Assembly: GCA_041487875.1 (NCBI GenBank)
Contig: JBGPOE010000008.1
Span: 8,449-72,448, forward strand
Source: Gemmatimonadota bacterium
GTDB lineage: Bacteria; Gemmatimonadota; Gemmatimonadetes; Gemmatimonadales; GWC2-71-9
Length of the DNA stretch: 64,000 bases
Direction of reading: 5' to 3'
Within the stretch, counting starts at the first letter, position 1. Each line of letters begins with the position of its first letter. Both the position numbers and the translations under genes were made by a program. A model generated the notes under the pieces. It was given only the letters and a program-made list of their open reading frames with translations. It made no database searches and was not told where the DNA came from. Positions 56,467 to 64,000 of this stretch are shown here, piece after piece.

Positions 56467-57824
56467 GCCGCCCTCAGGGAATCGGGCCGGACCAGCCGGC
56501 CACGGGTCATCACCAGGTAGATGTCCTGCGTGAGCGTGATGTCGGCCGCGGGGTTGCCGTTCAAGACCACCAGGTCCGCCACCTTGCCGGGCGCCACCTG
56601 GCCGAGCGAATCGGCGCGCAGCAGCTCGGCACCGTGGCGCGTCGCGACGGTGATCGCCTCGATCGGCGTGAAGCCCGCGTGCACCAGCAAGCGCAGCTCC
56701 TCGTGCAGCGCGGCGCCGGGCACGAGCAGCTGGTTCGCGGCATCGGTGCCCGCCGCGATCAATCCGCCGGCGCGCTTGAATTCGCGCAGGAACTCGTCTT
56801 GTTTGGGGCGCGACCGCTGGAACGCCGCGAAGTCCTGCGCCTGCCAATTGGTGCGGCGCAAGAGACTCTGCACCCGCCGCACCACGTTGGCCGTGTCGTC
56901 GGGGACATCGCGCATGGCGGCGCGGTGCAGCATCGCCGTGTCGGTGAGATGGGCGAGCGCCTCGTGCAGTGCGAGTGTCGGCACCAGGGCGACGCGGGTG
57001 GCGGCCAGCTGTTTGGCGACGCGCGCCAGCGTGATCGAGTCGAGGCTCGCCCAGCCTTGCTCCTCCAGCGTCCAGCCGGACAGGAACATGTCGTGCGCCC
57101 GGAGATACTGCTGCGGGTTGCGCGCTGCGGCCTGGACGACGCCCGCCATGTGCTCGAGCGATGCGACGCCCGCGCGGGCGGCGGTGAGCGCGTCGGTGCG
57201 GCCGAGGTGGGCCGCGACCGGTGTGCGTAGGTTGGTCGCTTCCTCCATCAGCGCCGGCAACAGGTCGGGCGTCATCTTGGTGTAGATCTTGATCACGTCG
57301 GCGCCCGCCACGGCGCGCTGGTCCACCGCGTGGCGTGCTTCATCGGGTGTGGCCACGCCTGTCGCTGTTGGGTAGGTCGGCGGCACGCCGTCGATCATCG
57401 CGCCGGAGGTGAACATGCGGGGGCCGAGCACGGCGCCGGTGTTGAGGTCGCGCTTCAGCGCGAACAGCGTGTCGTTCGCCGCGGCCCCGAGATCCCGCAC
57501 GGTGGTGACGCCCCAGGCGAGGTAGCGCGGGATGGCCCAGCGCTCGACGTGCGCGTGCGCATCGATCAGCCCGGGCACGATCGTCTTGCCCAGCAAGCTG
57601 ATCTCTTCGGCACCGCGGGGTACGGGGATTTCATTGACGCGCGCCACCGCGGTGACGTGGCCGTCCTTGATCAGGATCAGCGCATCGTCCACCGGCGGGC
57701 CGCCGGAGCCGTCGATCAAGGTGGCGCCTTCGAGTGCGATGACGCCCTTGCCGGGCGGCGTGCACGCGACGGCGACAAGCAACACCAGCAGGGGAAGCGG
57801 GGAGCGGGTCGCGGGTCGCCTCAC
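56454..57824 (-). CDS. Amidohydrolase-family lipoprotein
   Basis: Lipobox VAC; PGLIDAHAH, GVTTVRD, AGTD, GKVADLVVL. Confidence 0.88.
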   Translation of the reverse strand: MRRPATRSPLPLLVLLVAVACTPPGKGVIALEGATLIDGSGGPPVDDALILIKDGHVTAVARVNEIPVPRGAEEISLLGKTIVPGLIDAHAHVERWAIPRYLAWGVTTVRDLGAAANDTLFALKRDLNTGAVLGPRMFTSGAMIDGVPPTYPTATGVATPDEARHAVDQRAVAGADVIKIYTKMTPDLLPALMEEATNLRTPVAAHLGRTDALTAARAGVASLEHMAGVVQAAARNPQQYLRAHDMFLSGWTLEEQGWASLDSITLARVAKQLAATRVALVPTLALHEALAHLTDTAMLHRAAMRDVPDDTANVVRRVQSLLRRTNWQAQDFAAFQRSRPKQDEFLREFKRAGGLIAAGTDAANQLLVPGAALHEELRLLVHAGFTPIEAITVATRHGAELLRADSLGQVAPGKVADLVVLNGNPAADITLTQDIYLVMTRGRLVRPDSLRAAWQH

Positions 57825-58273
57825 GGCTTGGGGTCCGCGGACGTGTGATCGTGCAGGATCTGCCAGCGGTCGCCGCGTCGCTGCAGCACCAGCGTGAACG
57901 GCCCGCTGGCGGTCACCGTGGCGCCGCGATGCAACGCGAAGCGCGCCGTCGCGAGCGCCAGATCCGTGGTCAACGGCCGCACGTGCAGTTCGTCGAAGGC
58001 CAACGAATCACGCTGCTTGCCCGGCGCGAAGTAATTCGCCTGGTAGTGATCGAACAGCGGCTGCCAACCGTATTGCACGTGTCCGCTGGAGACGTAGCTC
58101 GTGAGCGAATCGTTGGCGTAGTCGCCCATGAAGCCGGCCAGGTCGCCGTGGTTCCAGTCGGCCGCGGAGCGCGCGAGCATCGCGCCGATCTCCGCTTGCG
58201 GATCGCCCAGGCGTTCCCGCGGCGCCGAACAACCCAGGACGACCGCCGTCACCACGCACCACGTGCCACGCAC
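57821..58273 (-). CDS. SnoaL/NTF2-like (YybH) lipoprotein
   Basis: Lipobox VLGC; WNHGDLAGFM..Y, FTLV....W.ILHDHTS. Confidence 0.8.
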   Translation of the reverse strand: MRGTWCVVTAVVLGCSAPRERLGDPQAEIGAMLARSAADWNHGDLAGFMGDYANDSLTSYVSSGHVQYGWQPLFDHYQANYFAPGKQRDSLAFDELHVRPLTTDLALATARFALHRGATVTASGPFTLVLQRRGDRWQILHDHTSADPKP

Positions 58274-58316
58274 CGTGCACCTTCTGTTAATTGGTCGCCA
58301 GAACGTACCTTGCAGC

Positions 58317-59066
58317 ATGGCCGACGCAACCCCGCGCCTGTGGGACGCCATCATATTCGGGCCGGTACGCTCGCGCCGCCTCGGTCTGAGCCTCGGCGTG
58401 AACCTCACGCCGCGCGGCTCCAAGCTGTGCACTTTCGATTGTCCCTACTGCGAATGCGGCTTCAACACGCCCCGCGCGCCGGGCTCACGCTGGCCATCAC
58501 CGGACGAAGTGGCGCACGCGCTGCGCCGCGCGTTGGCGCGGCTGGCGGCGCCGCCCCAGTGGATCACCCTCGCGGGTAACGGCGAGCCGACCATGCACCC
58601 GCGGTTCGCTGTGGTGGTGGATCGCGTCCTCGGCGTGCGCGCCGAGTTGGTGCCCGACACCCGCGTCGGGATTCTCTCCAATGGACTGGCGGCGGGAAAA
58701 CCGGCGGTGCGCGACGCGTTGCTGCGGCTCGACGCGCGGATGCTGAAGCTCGATCCCGGCCCGGCGATGTGCGTCAACGGCGTCGCCTACGACGTCGCCG
58801 GCCTGATCGCGGCCTACCGCGCAGTGAAGCCGTACACGATTCAGGCGATGGTCACGAAACGAGTCGGTTGGGACGGCTCGAGCGACGCGGCGCTCGCGGC
58901 CTGGCTGCCGCTCGTGGCGCGCGCCGAGCCCGACGCGGTGCATCTCTACTCGCTGGACCGCGCGCCCGCCGACCCGACCCTCCAGAACGTGCCACGGGAG
59001 CGCCTGCTCGAGATGGCTGCGGCCATCCGGCAAGCGCTCCCGCGGTGTGTGGTCGACGTGTTCTAG
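58317..59066 (+). CDS. Radical SAM protein
   Basis: IIFGPVRSRRLG.SLGVN, CTFDCPYC, GNGEPT.HP. Confidence 0.9.
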   Translation: MADATPRLWDAIIFGPVRSRRLGLSLGVNLTPRGSKLCTFDCPYCECGFNTPRAPGSRWPSPDEVAHALRRALARLAAPPQWITLAGNGEPTMHPRFAVVVDRVLGVRAELVPDTRVGILSNGLAAGKPAVRDALLRLDARMLKLDPGPAMCVNGVAYDVAGLIAAYRAVKPYTIQAMVTKRVGWDGSSDAALAAWLPLVARAEPDAVHLYSLDRAPADPTLQNVPRERLLEMAAAIRQALPRCVVDVF

Positions 59067-59338
59067 CGGCGGCGGCGGCGCGCCGTCTTCTTCCTCTTAG
59101 CTGTCTTCTTCCGGGCCCGCGGCCGCGACTTCTTGGCCGCTTTCTTCTTTTTCGCCTTCGGCCGCGCCTTGCGGGCGGGCCGCCGCTTCTTCGGCTTCGG
59201 CCTGGCAGCCGCAGGCAGCTCCATCGGCCGCGACATCGGCATCATCGGGGCCGGAGGAGGTGGGGTGGGCGGGAGCAAGGGCTCCATCATGCCCGGACCG
59301 CCCCAGCCGCTCTCGGTGAGATCCTGAAAATCGGTCAT
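59063..59338 (-). CDS. Small Lys/Arg-rich histone-H1-like protein
   Basis: GGAGG RBS; acidic and Pro/Met-rich N-terminus then a K/R/A tail. Confidence 0.65.
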   Translation of the reverse strand: MTDFQDLTESGWGGPGMMEPLLPPTPPPPAPMMPMSRPMELPAAARPKPKKRRPARKARPKAKKKKAAKKSRPRARKKTAKRKKTARRRRR

Positions 59339-59412
59339 CGGACGTGTCCTCCGCTGGAAGTGTCGTGGAACGGCCTATAGCTTACCCAGCCCCACACCGG
59401 TCGCAAGTGACG

Positions 59413-62043
59413 ATGCGCAACATCCTCACCTGTCTATGTTTGCTGGGCCCCGCGCCTGTCATCCTCGGGGGGCAAAGGCCCGACACGCTGACCGCCGCCG
59501 CTGTGCGGTCCGTCACACTGCCGTGGCGCTCGAGCGACGTGGACCTGGCCGGACCAGCGCGGCCCGCGGGCTACGTCAGCGTGATCGGCCGCCGCTCGGC
59601 CCTGTTGGGGAACGAGACCGGCACGTTCGAGGCGTGGACCTGGCCGCTCAAACTGCTGCACGGCTTCGAGCTCGCGTTCAAGACGCCGCTGTACGACCGC
59701 CCCATCGCCGCCAAGGACATCGCGCGCCGCGTCGAGATCACGCCCGGCGGCGCCACCATCGTGTACGTCCATCCCGCGTTCACCGTAACCGAGCGGCTGT
59801 TCGCGCCCCTCGATGAGCCGGCCGTGGTCGCCGTACTCGAAGTCGACGCCGTGCGACCGATCGAGATCATCGCGCAGTTCCGGGCGGACCTGCAATACGC
59901 GTGGCCCGCCGGCATGGGCGGCCAGTACGTGGCGTGGGACGACGGCGAGAAGGCGTTCGTCTTGTCCGAGAGCCGGCGCCAGGTGAACGGCTTCTTCGGC
60001 TCGCCTGCCGCCACGTGGGCCACGAACAATCCATCGCACATGCTGGCCGACGCGCCGAGCGAGCTGCACATCGCCGTGGGCGACCAGGGCGCGGTCGCCA
60101 TGCCCAAGCCCGGCGAGCCCGCGGGCCGGCTCACGCTGGTGCACGCCGCCGGCATTCCCATCGTGATGGTGGGCGCCGTGGCGTCGCGCGACTCGGTGCG
60201 ACGAATTTATCACCACGTGCTCGGCGACATCGCGGCGCTCTATGCGGCGCGTGCGGCGCACGCGCAAGCGGTGCTCGACTCCGCGGTCGTGCTCGAGTCG
60301 CCCGACACGCTGCTCGATCTCGCCGTGCGCTGGGCCGAGCTGAACCTGGATGAAGCGATGGCTTGCAATCCCGATCTGGGCTGCGGCCTCGTGGCGGGCT
60401 ACGGGCCGTCGGGCCCCACCAGCACGCGCCCGGGGTTCGGGTGGTACTTCGGGGGCGATGCGTCCATCAATTCATTCGCGCTGAGCTCCGTGGGCCTGTG
60501 GCAGGTGGCGCGCGACGGCCTGGCATTCTTTGCCGGCTACCAGGGAAAGAGTGCACCGAACGACGGCAAGATTCCCCACGAGATCTCGCAGGCCGCCGCG
60601 CGCATCAATTGGTTCGGCGACTACCCCTACGCCTTCTACCACGGCGACACGACGCCGTTCTGGATCTTGGCGCTCGCCGAGTATTGGCAGGCGTCGGGCG
60701 ACACGGCGACCATCCGGCGTCTGTGGCCCAACATCAAGCGCGCCTACGACTGGGCCAAGGCCACGGACGCAGACGGCGACGGCTTGATGGACAACGCCAA
60801 GGCGGGCGCCGGTGCGATCGAGGTGGGCGACCTGCAGCTGGGTCTGCAGTCGGACATCTACATGTCGGCCGTGTGGGTGAAGGCGCTCGAGGTGCTGCCG
60901 GACATGGCACGCGCGATGGGCGACGGCGCGGCCGCCGCCGAGGCCCAGGGTCTGCACGCACGCGCGCTCGCGACGCTACGCGACAAGCTGTGGCTCCCCG
61001 ACCAGCATCGCTACGCATTCGCCCTGCTCGAAGGCGGCAAGCTGTCGAGCGAGCTCACCGTCTGGCCCGCGACGGCGCTCGCCTTCGGGCTCGTGGCCCA
61101 AGACCGCGGCCAGGCGACGGCAGCGGCGCTGGCCGGGCCCGGCATCAGCACCGACTGGGGCGCCCGCGCGCTGGCGCCCGCGTCGCCGCTGTTCGATCCG
61201 CTGCACTACAACAATGGAACGGTCTGGCCGTTCGTCACGGGGTTCGACGCGCTCGGCCTGTACCGTTACCACGCCGCCGATGCCGCGTTCGCCGCGACGT
61301 ACGCCGTGGCGCGCACGGCGTTTCTGTGGGGCCTGGGCGCGAACCCCGAGGTGTTTTCGGGCTCCGCCTTCGAGCCGCTCGATACCGCCGTGCCGCAGCA
61401 ATTCTTCGCCACGTCCATGCTGCTCACGCCGCTGTTGCGCGGCACGCTGGGCTGGGAAGCCGACGTGCCGCACGACGCGGTCACCCTCGCGCCCCATTTG
61501 CCGGCCGCGTGGGACACCGTGCGCGTGGAGCGCCTCCCCGCGGGCTCCGGCCGCTACACCCTGCGCATGGCGCAGCGCGATACGCTGTTTGAGGCGACGC
61601 TCGAGCGGACGGCGGGCCGCGGCGTGGACACCCTGCGCTTCAGTCCGGCGCTGCCGCTCGGCGCGCGCGTGACGGCGGTGACGCTCGACGGCCGGCCGGC
61701 GCGATGCGACACGCGCGACACCGGCGCCGATCTGCACGTGGATTGCCTCGTGCCGCTCGGCACCCACACCGACATCATCGTGCGGCACACGCCCGGGTAT
61801 CAGGTCCTGCTCCCCGTGCCCGCGCCCCAGCGCGGCGAGCGTTCCCGCGCGCTGAAACTCCTGAGCCAGCGACTCGACGGCGCCGTGCTGGTGCTGCGGG
61901 TGGCAGGCCGAGCGGGGTGGACGTACCACCTGACCGTGCGCACGCCGCGCGGCCCGGTGTCGCTGGATGTGACGCTGCCGCCCGGCGGCGACGCCGTGGA
62001 CGATTACACCGAGCGTGAGGTCCGCGTCACTGCCGCGAAGTGA
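59413..62043 (+). CDS. Exported amylo-alpha-1,6-glucosidase/glycogen-debranching-like glycoside hydrolase
   Basis: Signal peptide; GWYFGGD, GKIPHEI, DTTP, DADGDG, YNNGTVWP. Confidence 0.8.
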   Translation: MRNILTCLCLLGPAPVILGGQRPDTLTAAAVRSVTLPWRSSDVDLAGPARPAGYVSVIGRRSALLGNETGTFEAWTWPLKLLHGFELAFKTPLYDRPIAAKDIARRVEITPGGATIVYVHPAFTVTERLFAPLDEPAVVAVLEVDAVRPIEIIAQFRADLQYAWPAGMGGQYVAWDDGEKAFVLSESRRQVNGFFGSPAATWATNNPSHMLADAPSELHIAVGDQGAVAMPKPGEPAGRLTLVHAAGIPIVMVGAVASRDSVRRIYHHVLGDIAALYAARAAHAQAVLDSAVVLESPDTLLDLAVRWAELNLDEAMACNPDLGCGLVAGYGPSGPTSTRPGFGWYFGGDASINSFALSSVGLWQVARDGLAFFAGYQGKSAPNDGKIPHEISQAAARINWFGDYPYAFYHGDTTPFWILALAEYWQASGDTATIRRLWPNIKRAYDWAKATDADGDGLMDNAKAGAGAIEVGDLQLGLQSDIYMSAVWVKALEVLPDMARAMGDGAAAAEAQGLHARALATLRDKLWLPDQHRYAFALLEGGKLSSELTVWPATALAFGLVAQDRGQATAAALAGPGISTDWGARALAPASPLFDPLHYNNGTVWPFVTGFDALGLYRYHAADAAFAATYAVARTAFLWGLGANPEVFSGSAFEPLDTAVPQQFFATSMLLTPLLRGTLGWEADVPHDAVTLAPHLPAAWDTVRVERLPAGSGRYTLRMAQRDTLFEATLERTAGRGVDTLRFSPALPLGARVTAVTLDGRPARCDTRDTGADLHVDCLVPLGTHTDIIVRHTPGYQVLLPVPAPQRGERSRALKLLSQRLDGAVLVLRVAGRAGWTYHLTVRTPRGPVSLDVTLPPGGDAVDDYTEREVRVTAAK

Positions 62044-62052
62044 CAAGTTGGA

Positions 62053-62082
62053 TTGACAGCGCCACTTACACGGACTTACGTT
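62053..62082 (+). promoter_or_regulatory. Putative sigma70 promoter, near-leaderless
   Basis: TTGACA-18-TACGTT, 9 nt before ATG 62092. Confidence 0.55.
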
Positions 62083-62091
62083 CGCCTGTCC

Positions 62092-64000
62092 ATGACCTCC
62101 CGCACCCTCGTCGCGCTCGCCGCCGTGGTCCTTCCCGGGGTCCTCGCTGCCCAGAACGTGGCCGAGGTCCAGGTGGCGCCTCCGTCCGTCACGGTCAAAG
62201 TCGGCGAGCGCTCCGGCCTCATCGCCACCGCGTTCGATCGCAACGGCAACGTCATTCCCACCGTGCGCATCCTGTGGACCTCGAACAACGTCGCGGTGGC
62301 CAAGGTGGATAACAACGGCACGGTGACGGGCGTGGCGTCGGGCGTGGTGATCATCGAGGCGCGCGTGGGCACGCGCAAAGGCACGGCGGCGATTCAAGTC
62401 GTGGGGGGCCCGCCTCCCGCGCAGTCCGACCACCCCACCCAGACGCCGCCGGTGGGACCAGGCGGTCAACCGACGGGACCATCCTCGACCGACCCGTTCT
62501 GGGGTCAGCCCGCGGGCGCGGGGCCGGCCGCCGCGCTGCGCATCGACCCGCCGTCCATCTTCCTCATTCCGTCGGAGAACGCGCGCGTCTCGCCGCGTGC
62601 ATTGCGCGAGGACGGCGGCGCCGCCGCCCCGGTGCGCGTGGAGTGGAAGTCGCTGCGCGAAGATATCGCGACCGTGAACGCCGACGGCATCGTGGTGGCG
62701 CTCGCGCCGGGGCAGGGCACGATCCAGGCGACCGGGCCCGGCGGCCTCACCGCGACGGCGCCGGTGGTGGTGCAGCAAGCAGAGTTCGCGATCCTCGAGA
62801 CCGGACCGCTCAAGATGTCGCCCGGCGACGTGGACACGCTGCACGTGATGGTGCCGTCGCAGAGCGGTCGCTTGGTGAACCCGCTCGCTTTGCAATGGAG
62901 CTCGAGCGATCCCAACGTGGCGCGGGTGTCCCTCACGGGCGCCGTGACGGCCGCGGGACCCGGCAAAGCCGCGCTCACCGTGAGCGGCTTGCTCCAGGCC
63001 AAGGCCATCGACGTGCAGGTGCACAAGGTCGTCGAGGTGCTCATTGTGCGGCCGAAGTCGAGCGTGGACGTGAACGTGCCGCTGACGGCGACGCAGAAGT
63101 TCGAGGCGCAGGCCCTGGCCGCCAACAGCGAAGCCGTGCCCGAGGCGCCGCTGCGCTGGAGCGTGGCCGATTCCTCCATCGCCGGCTTCGACGCGGGCTC
63201 GGGTACCCTCACGGGCAGGAAACTCGGGCGGACGCAGCTGACGGTGCGCGGGCCGGGCCTGGGCCTGATGGTGTCGTGGAACGTGAACGTCGTGGCCGGC
63301 AACGTCCGCCTCTCGGCCCCGCGCCTCGGCCTGAAGCCCGGCGCGCGCTACACCTACCGCGCGGATTTCACCGACAGCGCCGGCACCGTGCTGGGACCGG
63401 CCAACGTCACGTGGACCTCGGATAACACCGACGTCGCCACCGTGGGCGAAGACGGCACGGTCGAAGCGGCGGGCTACGGCCACGCCCACATCACCGCCGC
63501 GGCGCCGGGTGGGAAGACGGCCGTGTCCGACGTGTTCGTCCAGGGCGAGGTGGTGGTCGCGAGCTCGCGCAAGGGCAGGTTCCAGCTGTACGCGTTGGAT
63601 CGCTCCAATCTCGCGGACCTCCGCAAGATTTCGGCGGACACGGTGTTGGAAGGGGCGCCGGCGTTCGCCCCCGACGGGTCGCGCATCGCGTACGTCTCGA
63701 CCAGGGACGGCAATGCTGAGATCTACGCGATGGATACGGACGGCCGGGGCGTCACCCGGCTCACCACCGATCCACAGGCCGACGATCGTCCGGTGTTCAC
63801 GCCGGACGGCCGCCAGATCGTGTTCCAATCGGCGCGCGCGGCCGGGAAGCCGCAGATCTTCATCATGAGCGCGGACGGCAGCGGGGTGCAGCAGCTGACG
63901 CACGACAGCATGCCGTGCCTTGCGCCCGCCGTATCGCCCGACGGGCAGACCATCGCCTATGTCACCACGCGAGACAAGACGTATCACATCTGGCTGATGT
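62092..64000 (+). CDS. Secreted Ig-like (Big_2) repeat protein with TolB-like propeller (3'-truncated)
   Basis: Absent from the ORF track because there is no stop in the window; MTSRTLVALAAVV..AQ; repeated W.S.N..VA.V...G.V units; PAFAPDGSRIAYVS, PVFTPDGRQIVF. Confidence 0.85.
   Translation, partial: MTSRTLVALAAVVLPGVLAAQNVAEVQVAPPSVTVKVGERSGLIATAFDRNGNVIPTVRILWTSNNVAVAKVDNNGTVTGVASGVVIIEARVGTRKGTAAIQVVGGPPPAQSDHPTQTPPVGPGGQPTGPSSTDPFWGQPAGAGPAAALRIDPPSIFLIPSENARVSPRALREDGGAAAPVRVEWKSLREDIATVNADGIVVALAPGQGTIQATGPGGLTATAPVVVQQAEFAILETGPLKMSPGDVDTLHVMVPSQSGRLVNPLALQWSSSDPNVARVSLTGAVTAAGPGKAALTVSGLLQAKAIDVQVHKVVEVLIVRPKSSVDVNVPLTATQKFEAQALAANSEAVPEAPLRWSVADSSIAGFDAGSGTLTGRKLGRTQLTVRGPGLGLMVSWNVNVVAGNVRLSAPRLGLKPGARYTYRADFTDSAGTVLGPANVTWTSDNTDVATVGEDGTVEAAGYGHAHITAAAPGGKTAVSDVFVQGEVVVASSRKGRFQLYALDRSNLADLRKISADTVLEGAPAFAPDGSRIAYVSTRDGNAEIYAMDTDGRGVTRLTTDPQADDRPVFTPDGRQIVFQSARAAGKPQIFIMSADGSGVQQLTHDSMPCLAPAVSPDGQTIAYVTTRDKTYHIWLM

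Noticed and set aside
60976-63987. 1003-aa minus-strand ORF and other long antisense ORFs (e.g. 30259-33036, 7885-9477, 12779-14416)
   Set aside because: Shadow frames of real genes in high-GC DNA, with Arg/Ala/Gly-rich translations and no motifs
1-64000. Mobile elements, prophage, tRNA/rRNA, cytochrome c maturation genes
   Set aside because: None recognised by eye; heme maturation genes must lie elsewhere. tRNAscan, Rfam and ISfinder were not run

Overview
High-GC (roughly 70%) bacterial chromosome window, gene-dense, tentatively Gemmatimonadota-like (inference from gene content, not proven). The first ~19 kb looks like a low-oxygen energy island. It holds the end of a V/A-type ATPase operon and a 12.7-kb cluster of ten genes encoding about 69 c-heme motifs (67 CxxCH + 2 CX4CH), a Rieske/cytochrome b pair, a split CbcL-like module and a beta-barrel porin. 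Then come feoB, a Cys-rich ORF, feoA, an Acg nitroreductase, DUF2892 and Hsp20. The stand-out observation is that the Rieske protein has lost all four [2Fe-2S] ligands and its twin-arginine motif but keeps the disulfide cysteines, while its cytochrome b partner keeps all four heme histidines but has lost the Qo-site PEWY motif. This suggests a repurposed, non-bifurcating bc-like module inside an envelope-spanning extracellular electron-transfer conduit. The rest is mostly housekeeping (acnA, EF-G2, thyX, rnhA, thiolase, hbd, leuB-like). It also contains a beta-barrel/amicyanin fusion, an ATP-grasp x2/GNAT/lysine 2,3-aminomutase operon with a leader terminator, a selenocysteine-encoding selD with a SECIS-like hairpin, a histone-H1-like basic protein, and dispersed 7-10-nt tandem/inverted micro-repeats. 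No rRNA, tRNA, CRISPR or transposase was recognised.
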